A model generated the notes under the pieces. That model was not told the DNA's origin, searched no databases, and saw only the letters and a list, made by a program, of their open reading frames with translations. The position numbers were made by a program, and so were the translations under genes. Shown piece after piece: positions 1 to 8,616 of a DNA stretch of 32,000 nucleotides; position 1 is the stretch's first letter, and each line of letters opens with the position of its first letter. This DNA is from Mycolicibacterium smegmatis (lineage in GTDB: Bacteria; Actinomycetota; Actinomycetes; Mycobacteriales; Mycobacteriaceae): positions 5,580,001-5,612,000 of the forward strand of contig NZ_LN831039.1 of the NCBI RefSeq assembly GCF_001457595.1, written 5' to 3'.

Positions 1-597
1 GTGGTGGACAAGGGCACACCGGGATTCGAGGTGACCCGCAAGCTCGACAAGATGGGTTGGCGCTCAAGCGATACCGCCGAGCTGTCCTACACCGATGTGC
101 GGGTGCCCGTGGCGAACCTGGTGGGCAGCGAGAACACGGGGTTCGCGCAGATCGCGGCCGCGTTCGTGGCCGAACGGGTGGGCCTGGCCACGCAGGCCTA
201 CGCGGGCGCGCAGCGCTGCCTGGACCTCACCGTCGAGTGGTGCCGCAACCGGGACACGTTCGGGCGTCCACTGATCTCACGGCAGGCGGTGCAGAACACA
301 CTCGCGGGCATGGCCCGGCGCATCGACGTCGCGCGGGTGTACACGCGGCACGTGGTGGAACGACAACTCGCGGGCGAGACGAATCTGATCGCCGAGGTGT
401 GCTTCGCCAAGAACACCGCCGTGGAGGCCGGCGAGTGGGTGGCCAACCAGGCCGTCCAATTGTTCGGCGGCATGGGCTACATGGCCGAGTCCGAGGTCGA
501 GCGCCAGTACCGCGACATGCGCATCCTCGGCATCGGCGGCGGCACCACCGAGATCTTGACCAGCCTGGCCGCCAAGACGCTGGGGTTCCAGTCATGA
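1..597 (+). CDS. acyl-CoA dehydrogenase, C-terminal fragment (5' end upstream of window); fadE13-like by synteny
   Basis: Frame is open from base 1. Translation shows the ACAD C-terminal helical-domain pattern (QLFGGMGYMAESEVERQYRDMRILGIGGGTTEI). Third-position GC is high. Stop TGA 595-597 overlaps the next ATG (ATGA). Confidence 0.9.
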   Translation: MVDKGTPGFEVTRKLDKMGWRSSDTAELSYTDVRVPVANLVGSENTGFAQIAAAFVAERVGLATQAYAGAQRCLDLTVEWCRNRDTFGRPLISRQAVQNTLAGMARRIDVARVYTRHVVERQLAGETNLIAEVCFAKNTAVEAGEWVANQAVQLFGGMGYMAESEVERQYRDMRILGIGGGTTEILTSLAAKTLGFQS

Positions 598-2189
598 CTG
601 CCCTGCACTCCACGATCGATGCCACCTCCCCCGGCTTCAACGAGGCCGCCGCGGTGATGACGGCCAAGCTCTCCGAACTCGATGCCGAACACGCCAAGGC
701 CCTCGGGGGCGGCGGGCCCAAGTACGTCGACCGCCATCACGCGCGCGGCAAGCTCACCGCGCGTGAGCGTGTCGAACTGCTGCTCGACCCGGACTCGCCG
801 TTCCTCGAGCTGAGCCCGCTCGCGGCGTGGGGCACCGACTTCGCCGTGGGCGCCAGCGTCGTCACCGGCATCGGCGCGGTCGAGGGCGTGGAATGCCTCA
901 TCGTCGCCAACGACCCCACCGTCAAGGGCGGCACCAGCAATCCCTGGACGCTCAAGAAGATCCTGCGCGCCAACCAGATCGCGCTGCAGAACCGGCTTCC
1001 GGTGATCTCGCTGGTGGAATCCGGCGGCGCCGATCTGCCGACGCAGAAAGAGATCTTCATCCCGGGCGGGCAGATGTTCCGCGACCTCACCCGGTTGTCG
1101 GCCGCGGGGATCCCGACCATCGCGCTGGTGTTCGGCAACTCGACGGCGGGCGGGGCGTACGTGCCCGGCATGTCCGATCACGTCGTGATGATCAGAGAAC
1201 GCTCCAAGGTGTTCCTCGCCGGGCCGCCGCTTGTCAAGATGGCCACGGGTGAGGAGTCCGACGACGAGTCGCTGGGCGGCGCCGAGATGCACGCCCGCAC
1301 CTCGGGTCTGGCCGACTACTTCGCGCTCGACGAACCCGACGCCATCCGCATCGGGCGGCGCATCGTGGCGCGGCTGAACTGGCGCAAGCAGGGCCCCGCC
1401 CCGGCCGAAGTGGTCGAACCGCGTTACAACGCAGAGGAACTCATCGGCATCGTGCCCGCCGACCTGCGCGTGCCGTTCGATCCGCGCGATGTCATCGCCC
1501 GTATCGTCGACGACTCAGATTTCGACGAGTTCAAACCGCTCTACGGTTCGTCGCTGGTCACCGGGTGGGCCCGGCTGTGGGGTTATCCCGTGGGCATCCT
1601 GGCCAACGCGCGCGGTGTGCTGTTCAGCGAGGAGTCGCAGAAGGCCACACAGTTCATCCAGCTGGCCAACCGCGCCGACACCCCACTGTTGTTCCTGCAC
1701 AACACCACCGGCTACATGGTGGGCAAGCAGTACGAAGAGGGCGGCATGGTCAAGCACGGCTCGATGATGATCAATGCGGTGTCCAACTCGACCGTGCCGC
1801 ACATCAGCCTGCTGATCGGCGCATCCTACGGCGCGGGGCACTACGGCATGTGCGGGCGCGCCTATGATCCGCGGTTCCTGTTCGCGTGGCCCAGCGCCAA
1901 GTCCGCGGTGATGGGTGGCACGCAACTCGCGGGGGTGCTGTCGATCGTGAGCCGCGCAGCGGCGGAGGCCCGCGGGCAGACGGTCGACGAGGATGCCGAC
2001 GCGGCACTGCGCGCGGCCGTCGAGGCCCAGATCGAGGCCGAGTCGCTGCCGATGTTCCTGTCCGGGCGGTTGTACGACGACGGCGTGATCGATCCGCGCG
2101 ACACCCGCACGGTGCTCGGAATGTGCCTGTCCGCGATCGCGAACGCACCCGTGGAGGGGACGTCGAACTTCGGCGTCTTCCGGATGTGA
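594..2189 (+). CDS. accD2: acyl-CoA carboxylase carboxyltransferase (beta) subunit, methylcrotonyl-/geranyl-CoA carboxylase-like
   Basis: ATG 594 sits in an ATGA overlap with the preceding stop. The 531-aa product starts MTALHSTIDATSPGF and has both carboxyltransferase halves (IVANDPTVKGGT; FLHNTTGYMVGKQYEEGGMVKHG). The 57-593 part of the tracked ORF overlaps the previous CDS and reads as Arg/Gly-rich nonsense. Symbol assigned by synteny with Rv0974c. Confidence 0.9.
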   Translation: MTALHSTIDATSPGFNEAAAVMTAKLSELDAEHAKALGGGGPKYVDRHHARGKLTARERVELLLDPDSPFLELSPLAAWGTDFAVGASVVTGIGAVEGVECLIVANDPTVKGGTSNPWTLKKILRANQIALQNRLPVISLVESGGADLPTQKEIFIPGGQMFRDLTRLSAAGIPTIALVFGNSTAGGAYVPGMSDHVVMIRERSKVFLAGPPLVKMATGEESDDESLGGAEMHARTSGLADYFALDEPDAIRIGRRIVARLNWRKQGPAPAEVVEPRYNAEELIGIVPADLRVPFDPRDVIARIVDDSDFDEFKPLYGSSLVTGWARLWGYPVGILANARGVLFSEESQKATQFIQLANRADTPLLFLHNTTGYMVGKQYEEGGMVKHGSMMINAVSNSTVPHISLLIGASYGAGHYGMCGRAYDPRFLFAWPSAKSAVMGGTQLAGVLSIVSRAAAEARGQTVDEDADAALRAAVEAQIEAESLPMFLSGRLYDDGVIDPRDTRTVLGMCLSAIANAPVEGTSNFGVFRM

Positions 2190-2288
2190 GGTCTAGATGC
2201 ACCGATACGCCGTCGAATGTGGGCCTATGACCCATTTCTCGTCGATTTCTCGAACACAAGCCCACGTTCGGCGACGCGGAGTCCGCGC

Positions 2289-4235
2289 ATGATCACACGA
2301 GTTCTGGTGGCCAACCGGTGCGAGATCGCCCGGCGGGTGTTCGCGACCTGCCGCCGCCTGGGCATCGGCACGGTCGCGGTGTACACCGATCCCGACGCAG
2401 ATCTGCCGCACGTCGCCGAGGCCGACGCTCGCGTGCGTCTGCAGGGCCGCAACGGGTACCTCGACATCGCGCAAATCATCGCCGCGGCGCAGGCATCCGG
2501 CGCCGACGCGATCCATCCCGGCTACGGATTCCTCTCGGAGAACCCCGATTTCGCGGCCGCCGTGATCGACGCGGGGCTGACGTGGATCGGACCGCCCGTG
2601 GCCGCGGTGAGTGCCATGGGTTCCAAGATCGAGGCCAAGAAACTCATGGCGGCCGCGGGTGTGCCGGTGCTCACCGAACTCGACCCCGACACGGTGACGG
2701 CCGAACAGTTGCCGGTGCTGGTGAAGGCGTCGGCAGGTGGTGGCGGTCGCGGTATGCGGGTGGTGGGTGATCTCGCGGCGCTGCCGGACGAGGTGGCCGC
2801 GGCGCAACGAGAGGCCCAGTCGGCCTTCGGTGATCCGACCGTGTTCTGCGAGCACTACCTCGCGGCAGGTCACCACGTCGAGGTGCAGGTGCTCGCCGAC
2901 GCGCACGGCACGGTGTGGACTGTCGGCGAACGTGAATGCTCGATCCAGCGCCGCCATCAGAAGGTCATCGAGGAGGCACCGTCCCCGCTCGTCGAACGCA
3001 CACCGGGCATGCGCGCCAAGCTGTTCGACGCGGCCCGCCTGGCCGCGCAGGCCATCGGGTACACCGGGGCGGGCACGGTCGAGTTCATGGCCGACGACAA
3101 CGGCGATTTCTTCTTCCTGGAGATGAACACCCGGCTGCAGGTGGAACATCCGGTGACAGAGGCCACCACGGGACTCGACCTGGTCGAGTTGCAACTGCTC
3201 GTCGCCGACGGCGGCCGGTTGGACCCCGAGCCCCCGCCGACGCGCGGCGCGGCCATCGAGGCCCGCATCTACGCCGAGGATCCGGCCAAGGACTGGCAGC
3301 CCCAGGCAGGCACGTTGCACCGGTTCGACTTTCCCGAGAATGTGCGCACCGACACCGGTTTCGTCGACGGTTCGGTGGTGTCGGTCTTCTATGACTCGAT
3401 GCTCGCCAAGGTCATCGCACACGCCCCGACACGGCGACGCGCCGCAGCGGTTCTCGCGGATGCGTTGGCCCGTGCCCGGATCCACGGCGTCCGCACCAAT
3501 CGGGACCTGCTGGTGAACGTCCTGCGACACCCGGCGTTTCTCGACGGCGCCACCGACACCGCGTTCTTCGACACCCACGGGCTCGACGTGCTGGCCGCTC
3601 CGCTGACCACACCCGTCGCGGCCCGGGCGTCGGCGATCGCCGCCACGTTGGCCGATGCCGCCCACAACCGCAGCGCCGCAGAGGCTTTCCTGCCCGCACC
3701 CAGCGGCTGGCGCAACCTGGCCTCGGGTTATCAGCAGCGTCGCTACCACGATGCCTCTGGTGAGGAGGTCGAGGTGCGGTACCGGTTCGCGCGCGACGGC
3801 CTGCGGCTACCCGACGACGAGAACGTCGCGTTGGTCTCGGCGACGCCGGCCCGCGTGGTGCTGGGTCTCGACGGGGTCGAGTACACGTTCGACGTGGCCC
3901 GCCACGGCGACGACGTCTTCGATGTCTTCGTCGACTCACCGCTGGGCCCGGTGCGGTTCACCGCGATGCCCCGCTTCCCCGATCCCGGGGACGCCGTCGC
4001 GCACGGTTCGCTGTTGGCCCCCATGCCCGGCACCGTGGTCCGTGTCGGCGCCACGGTCGGCGCGAAGGTGTCCGCGGGCCAACCTCTGGTGTGGCTGGAG
4101 GCCATGAAGATGGAGCACACCGTGGCCGCGCCCAGCGACGGTGTGCTCACCGAACTCAATGTCGAACCCGGCCGGCAGGTCGATGTCGGCGAAGTCCTCG
4201 CCCGTGTGGAAGATCCCGAAGGAGAACAACGATGA
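2289..4235 (+). CDS. accA2: acyl-CoA carboxylase alpha subunit (biotin carboxylase + biotin carboxyl carrier domain)
   Basis: ATG 2289 (MITRVLVANRCEIARRVF) is preceded by GGAG. ATP-grasp biotin carboxylase motifs are present (KASAGGGGRGMRVV, EMNTRLQVEHPVTE), as is the C-terminal biotinylation motif EAMKMEH. Symbol assigned by synteny with Rv0973c. Confidence 0.92.
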   Translation: MITRVLVANRCEIARRVFATCRRLGIGTVAVYTDPDADLPHVAEADARVRLQGRNGYLDIAQIIAAAQASGADAIHPGYGFLSENPDFAAAVIDAGLTWIGPPVAAVSAMGSKIEAKKLMAAAGVPVLTELDPDTVTAEQLPVLVKASAGGGGRGMRVVGDLAALPDEVAAAQREAQSAFGDPTVFCEHYLAAGHHVEVQVLADAHGTVWTVGERECSIQRRHQKVIEEAPSPLVERTPGMRAKLFDAARLAAQAIGYTGAGTVEFMADDNGDFFFLEMNTRLQVEHPVTEATTGLDLVELQLLVADGGRLDPEPPPTRGAAIEARIYAEDPAKDWQPQAGTLHRFDFPENVRTDTGFVDGSVVSVFYDSMLAKVIAHAPTRRRAAAVLADALARARIHGVRTNRDLLVNVLRHPAFLDGATDTAFFDTHGLDVLAAPLTTPVAARASAIAATLADAAHNRSAAEAFLPAPSGWRNLASGYQQRRYHDASGEEVEVRYRFARDGLRLPDDENVALVSATPARVVLGLDGVEYTFDVARHGDDVFDVFVDSPLGPVRFTAMPRFPDPGDAVAHGSLLAPMPGTVVRVGATVGAKVSAGQPLVWLEAMKMEHTVAAPSDGVLTELNVEPGRQVDVGEVLARVEDPEGEQR

Positions 4236-5392
4236 GCGGTTTCGTCGAGACCGAGGAACAGCAGGCGCTGCGCCGCGCTGTCGCGGCCATGGCGGCCAAC
4301 TACGGGCAGGACTATTACCTGGAGAAGGCCCGCGCCGGCCAACACACCACCGAATTGTGGAACGAGGCGGGCAAACTCGGCTTCATCGGGGTGAACCTGC
4401 CCGAGGAGTACGGCGGCGGCGGGGCAGGCATGTACGAACTCAGCCTGGTCATGGAAGAGATGGCCGCCACCGGGTGCGCCCTGCTGATGATGGTGGTCTC
4501 CCCCGCGATCAACGGCACCATCATCTCCAAGTTCGGCACCGAGGAGCAGAAGAGGCGCTGGCTTCCCGGCATCGCCGACGGGTCGATCACCATGGCATTC
4601 GCCATCACCGAACCCGACGCCGGATCCAACAGCCACCGCATCACCACCACGGCCCGCCGCGACGGTAGCGACTGGATCCTCAAGGGTCAGAAGGTGTTCA
4701 TCTCCGGCATCGACCAGGCGCAGGCCGTGCTGGTGGTGGGCCGCACGGAAGATCACAAGACCGGCAATCTGAAGCCCGCACTGTTCGTGATCCCCACCGA
4801 CACCCCGGGACTGCACTGGACGAAGATCGAGATGGAGTTGATCAGCCCGGAGAGCCAGTTCCAGGTGTTCCTCGACGATGTGCGGGTACCCGCCGATGCG
4901 CTGGTGGGTTCCGAGGACGCCGCGCTCGCGCAACTGTTCGCCGGCCTCAATCCCGAGCGCATCATGGGTGCGGCCAGTGCGGTGGGCATGGGCCGGTTCG
5001 CGATCCACAAGGCCGTCGATTACGTCAAGACCCGCCAGGTCTGGAAGGTGCCGATCGGCTCGCACCAGGGTCTGTCACATCCGCTGGCGCAGAACCACAT
5101 CGAGATCGAACTCGCCAAGCTGATGATGCAGAAGGCCGCGGCACTGTACGACGCGGGTGACGATCTCGGGGCCGCCGAGGCCGCCAACATGGCCAAGTAC
5201 GCCGCAGGCGAGGCCTCGGTCCGTGCGGTCGACCAGGCCGTGCAGTCCCTGGGCGGCAACGGTTTGACCAAGGAGTACGGCATCGCCGCGGCGGTCACGG
5301 CATCGAAGTTGGCGCGCATCGCACCGGTCAGTCGCGAGATGATCCTCAACTTCGTCGCGCAGACCTCACTCGGACTCCCGCGCTCATACTGA
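4232..5392 (+). CDS. acyl-CoA dehydrogenase (fadE12-like)
   Basis: ATG 4232 sits in an ATGA overlap with the accA2 stop. The 386-aa product is a full-length ACAD (ITEPDAGSN; VQSLGGNGLTKEYGI). Confidence 0.92.
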   Translation: MSGFVETEEQQALRRAVAAMAANYGQDYYLEKARAGQHTTELWNEAGKLGFIGVNLPEEYGGGGAGMYELSLVMEEMAATGCALLMMVVSPAINGTIISKFGTEEQKRRWLPGIADGSITMAFAITEPDAGSNSHRITTTARRDGSDWILKGQKVFISGIDQAQAVLVVGRTEDHKTGNLKPALFVIPTDTPGLHWTKIEMELISPESQFQVFLDDVRVPADALVGSEDAALAQLFAGLNPERIMGAASAVGMGRFAIHKAVDYVKTRQVWKVPIGSHQGLSHPLAQNHIEIELAKLMMQKAAALYDAGDDLGAAEAANMAKYAAGEASVRAVDQAVQSLGGNGLTKEYGIAAAVTASKLARIAPVSREMILNFVAQTSLGLPRSY

Positions 5393-6159
5393 TGGACACT
5401 CTCGTACGCTACGAGGTCGACGGCGCCGTCGCACGGTTGACGCTCGACTCTCCGCACAACCGCAACGCGCTCTCGACGGCGCTGGTCGAACAACTGCACG
5501 AGGGTTTCGCCCGCGCCGCGGGGCAATCCGGCGTCCGCGTGGTGGTCCTGGGGCACACCGGCGGAACATTCTGCGCGGGAGCCGATCTCAGTGAGGCAGC
5601 CGGACGCGACCCTGCGGATATCGCCGTCGACCGGGCGCGCGAGATGACCACGCTGCTGCGCGCGATCCTGGAGTTGCGCCTACCCGTGATCGGGGCTATC
5701 GACGGTCATGTGCGAGCCGGCGGTCTGGGACTGGTGGGGGCGTGCGACGTGGTGGTGGCCGGGCCCGGCAGTACGTTCGCGTTGACCGAGGCACGGATCG
5801 GGGTTGCGCCGTCGATCATCTCGCTCACGCTGCTGTCCAAGATGACACCCCGCTCGGCGGGCCGCTACTTCCTCACCGGTGAGCGATTCGGCGCCGAGGA
5901 GGCCGCCGCGGTCGGCCTGGTCACGGTCGCCGCCGACGACGTCGACACGGCCGTGGCGGCACTGGCGGGTGAGATAGCCAGAGGGTCACCACAGGGCCTC
6001 GCAACGTCGAAAGCCCTGACCACCGCGGCGATCCTGCGCGATTTCGACGAGCACGCCGAGGAACTCACCCAGCAGTCCGCACGCCTGTTCGTCTCCGATG
6101 AGGCCCGCGAGGGGATGCTGGCGTTTCTACAGAAGCGGCCGCCGAACTGGGCGGATTAG
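5392..6159 (+). CDS. enoyl-CoA hydratase/isomerase (crotonase) family protein (echA7-like)
   Basis: ATG 5392 shares one base with the upstream TGA (TGATG). The 255-aa product has crotonase oxyanion-hole motifs (GGTFCAGADL; DGHVRAGGLGL). Confidence 0.9.
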   Translation: MDTLVRYEVDGAVARLTLDSPHNRNALSTALVEQLHEGFARAAGQSGVRVVVLGHTGGTFCAGADLSEAAGRDPADIAVDRAREMTTLLRAILELRLPVIGAIDGHVRAGGLGLVGACDVVVAGPGSTFALTEARIGVAPSIISLTLLSKMTPRSAGRYFLTGERFGAEEAAAVGLVTVAADDVDTAVAALAGEIARGSPQGLATSKALTTAAILRDFDEHAEELTQQSARLFVSDEAREGMLAFLQKRPPNWAD

Positions 6160-6213
6160 GTACGCAGTCCGGGATTGTTTGACTTCCCGCCGTGCGTGGG
6201 AACGCAGGTTCTG

Positions 6214-7452
6214 ATGTCTGAGACGATCAAGCTCGAATCTGCAACGAATTTCGCCGTCACCGCCGCATGGGTCGCGGGTGCCGTAGCACTTGCCTATGGC
6301 ACCGGCCTCGGGTTGAACTGGCTGGTGCAACGCGTGGGTGGACGCAGCGCGGTGTTGCGCGACGCCGCGCAACTGACACGCAGGCCGGTGCGCGCGACGC
6401 TGATGGTGATCGCCGCCACGGTCGCCGTGCAACGGACCTCCGATGAGCAGGCGAGTTGGCGCGGCTGGCTGGATCACTCGCTGGTGATCGCTCTGATCGC
6501 CACGATCACGTGGTTGATCGCGGCGCTCGTCATGGTGGCCGAACGACAGGCGTTGACGCGATTCGCCGGCGGGGACACCGGGCTCACCGATGCAGACCTG
6601 CACCGACGCAAGGTCCGCACACAGGTCACCCTGGTCCGCCGCCTGGTGGTCGCCGTGGTGGCCGTGCTGGGTGTCGCGGCGGCGCTGATGACGTTCCCGT
6701 CGTTCAGCGATATCGGCAAGACGGTGTTCGCGTCGGCCGGCGTGTTGTCGGTGGTCGCGGGCCTGGCCGCACAGACGTCGTTGGGAGCGGTGTTCGCCGG
6801 TATCCAGATCGCGTTCTCCGACGCGATCCGCGTGGGCGACGTGGTGGTCCTGGAGGACGAGTGGGGCCGCATCGAGGAGATCACGCTCACCTACGTCGTC
6901 GTCCATCTGTGGGATGAGCGCCGCCTTGTGTTGCCGTGCACGTATTTCACCACCACGCCGTTCCAGAACTGGACGCGCAACGCGACCGAACTGTTGGGCA
7001 CCGTCGAACTCGACGCCGACTTCACGGTGCCGCTCGATGCCATGCGCGCCGAACTGGACCGGTTGTTGCGCGCTGACCCGCTGTGGGATCAGCGCGTCGG
7101 AGTGCTCCAGGTGACCGATGCCGTCGGCGGGCAGGTGCGGGTACGGGTACTCGTCAGCGCGCCGAACGCCGGGGCGTTGTGGGATCTGCAGTGCAACGTG
7201 CGCGAGGGTCTGGTCGAGTGGTTGCAGCGCACCAATCCCGGTGCGCTGCCGCGACAGCGCATCGAACACGAAAGCGCCCGTGACACACGGATCTCGGACA
7301 CGGCCGCCGGCGGGTACGCCCAGGCCGACTCCGGTCTGTTCACCGGCAACCCGGAGGCGGAGCGACGGGGGCGGTCGTTCGACCATGCCGACGGCGATGA
7401 CGCAAAGAAGACCGAGCCGGTGCCTGTCGCCGCTGGTCAGACGCAGTGTTGA
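6214..7452 (+). CDS. mechanosensitive ion channel (MscS family) membrane protein
   Basis: Several N-terminal TM helices are followed by the MscS beta-domain pattern (IRVGDVVVLEDEWGRIEEITLTYVVVHLWDERRLVLPCTYF). Start ATG 6214 is preferred over TTG 6175; the start is uncertain. Confidence 0.85.
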   Translation: MSETIKLESATNFAVTAAWVAGAVALAYGTGLGLNWLVQRVGGRSAVLRDAAQLTRRPVRATLMVIAATVAVQRTSDEQASWRGWLDHSLVIALIATITWLIAALVMVAERQALTRFAGGDTGLTDADLHRRKVRTQVTLVRRLVVAVVAVLGVAAALMTFPSFSDIGKTVFASAGVLSVVAGLAAQTSLGAVFAGIQIAFSDAIRVGDVVVLEDEWGRIEEITLTYVVVHLWDERRLVLPCTYFTTTPFQNWTRNATELLGTVELDADFTVPLDAMRAELDRLLRADPLWDQRVGVLQVTDAVGGQVRVRVLVSAPNAGALWDLQCNVREGLVEWLQRTNPGALPRQRIEHESARDTRISDTAAGGYAQADSGLFTGNPEAERRGRSFDHADGDDAKKTEPVPVAAGQTQC

Positions 7453-7468
7453 CAACGCCGGCGAGATC

Positions 7469-7633
7469 ATGGGCCGCCCTGCCACGGGCAGGCACGCCCG
7501 CGTCATGATCACGATCCCCGATCGCCACGCCGACGGCAAGATCGCCGAGAGCTGGGCCATCTGGGACACACTCGGGATGTTGCAGCAGCTCGGGCTGGTC
7601 CCGTCGTCGTCAGGCGCCCAGCAGCCGGCCTGA
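7469..7633 (+). pseudogene. remnant of a SnoaL-like ester cyclase gene (C-terminal ~50 codons only)
   Basis: The translation GRPATGRHARVMITIPDRHADGKIAESWAIWDTLGMLQQLG resembles the C-terminal strands of predicted ester cyclases (pattern G.P.TGK....G..I.R..DGKI.E.W...D.LG...QLG, from memory). Upstream the frame runs into the MscS CDS and loses similarity. Confidence 0.45.
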
Positions 7634-7637
7634 TCGC

Positions 7638-8000
7638 TCAGGGCGTCGGGGGCAGTCCGCAGCGGTTGCGAAAATCGGCCGCGGGTTGGCGGATGCGCTG
7701 AAGATCATCGCGCACAGCTGGATTCGCGTCCAGGTATCCGCGCACATTCTCCGCGATCTGATCTTTGGGTTGCCCCTTGAGGCTGGTGAAGAAGTCGTTC
7801 ACATCGGGATGCTCGGTGAGATAGTTCGACGTGTCGAACGTGACACCGGACATCACCCGCGCCATTTCCGCTGCCGTGCACGGCGGCGGGACGGGGGGCG
7901 GCTGCGCAACGGCAGCCCCTGTGAATCCGAACAGCATGAGGCCGGCAAATCCGACTGCTCCCGTTGCCGTGCAGGCGATGTGGCGAATCTTCGAAGGCAT
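7638..8000 (-). CDS. hemophore-related secreted protein (Rv0203/Rv1174c family-like)
   Basis: ATG 8000 lies 5 nt downstream of AAGGAG (complement of 8006-8011). The product has a signal peptide (HIACTATGAVGFAGLMLFGFTGAAVA) and a mature part of the form C....M..V.SGV......YL..HPDVNDFFT.L.G.P.......V..YL.ANP.V..DL..IRQP..D.RNRCG. Confidence 0.8.
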   Translation of the reverse strand: MPSKIRHIACTATGAVGFAGLMLFGFTGAAVAQPPPVPPPCTAAEMARVMSGVTFDTSNYLTEHPDVNDFFTSLKGQPKDQIAENVRGYLDANPAVRDDLQRIRQPAADFRNRCGLPPTP

Positions 8001-8053
8001 GATGACTCCTTGGCTGAAGGGTGATGTTCGGTGAGTACTGGTCAACGGACCGG

Positions 8054-8368
8054 TCAACGGGGGCCTATGCCTCCTCCCCCTCCTGGCCGGTTCGGCCGGT
8101 TCGGACGGTCAGGACGACCTGGGTCCCAACCGATGTCGAGATCCACGTCGGTGCCGCAGTACCAGTCGTATTCGCATGGATACGGCACCACAGGAGTCGC
8201 CGCCCGTGGCACGCCGTCGGTTCCGCGCACCTCGCCCTGTGCGCAGACGGTGGCGTACCCGGACGACGTGCAGTCGGCGCGCGCGGGAGGCGGGTCGACG
8301 ACGACGGTGCCGAACGGCGCCAACGCCAAGGCAAAGCCTGTGATCAGGTAGCGCTGTGTTGATCGCAC
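8054..8368 (-). CDS. small secreted protein with four Cys and a Pro/Arg/Gly-rich C-terminus, unknown function
   Basis: GTG 8368 is preceded by GAGGAGG about 10 nt upstream. A signal peptide ends in ARA|DC. It is same-strand and 53 nt upstream of the hemophore-like gene. The overlapping plus-strand ORFs lack any signal or RBS. Confidence 0.65.
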   Translation of the reverse strand: MRSTQRYLITGFALALAPFGTVVVDPPPARADCTSSGYATVCAQGEVRGTDGVPRAATPVVPYPCEYDWYCGTDVDLDIGWDPGRPDRPNRPNRPGGGGGIGPR

Positions 8369-8594
8369 GGCCCCACCACCTCCTCGGATCGGTGGGATCC
8401 CATGACCCCTATGTGGCGGAGTGTAAGCACGCGGATCAGCGCAGGATCACGTTATTGACGTTTTCGAATATTCTGTGGTTACGCGTCGCGGTGCCGTGCG
8501 CCCGGCAACAGGGGCCCGGGTTCGCCACCGGCGGGTCGCCCGGACCCGTGGGCAACACTCGGCGCATTTGCCCCCACGGCGCGCCCAGCAAACG

Positions 8595-8616
8595 AAATGG
8601 TACCGGAGTACCATTT
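8595..8616. promoter_or_regulatory. perfect 9-4-9 palindrome AAATGGTAC-CGGA-GTACCATTT in a divergent intergenic region; candidate operator
   Basis: Read directly from the sequence. It lies between the divergent genes starting at 8368 (-) and 8851 (+), in an A/T-enriched stretch. Confidence 0.45.

Noticed and set aside
57-593. N-terminal 179-codon extension of the carboxyltransferase ORF (tracked ORF 57-2189)
   Set aside because: It overlaps the well-supported ACAD C-terminus in another frame and translates to Arg/Gly/His-rich low-complexity sequence. The ATGA-coupled ATG 594 gives a normal-length beta subunit.
2193-3749. Long antisense or alternate-frame ORFs. Examples: 2193-3749(-), 3743-5065(-), 6127-7569(-), 8827-10149(-), 13078-14013(-), 20009-21088(+), 23949-25445(+), 24877-26991(+), 30282-31313(+)
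   Set aside because: These are typical stop-poor shadow frames of high-GC coding DNA. The translations are dominated by R/G/H/D/P/V with no recognisable motifs. Each lies fully opposite or out of frame to a CDS with clear family signatures.
8466-8473. GAATATTC palindrome and nearby TTGACG as promoter elements for the divergent genes
   Set aside because: An 8-bp A/T palindrome is not distinctive on its own. The spacing to any TANNNT hexamer did not give a convincing -35/-10 pair.
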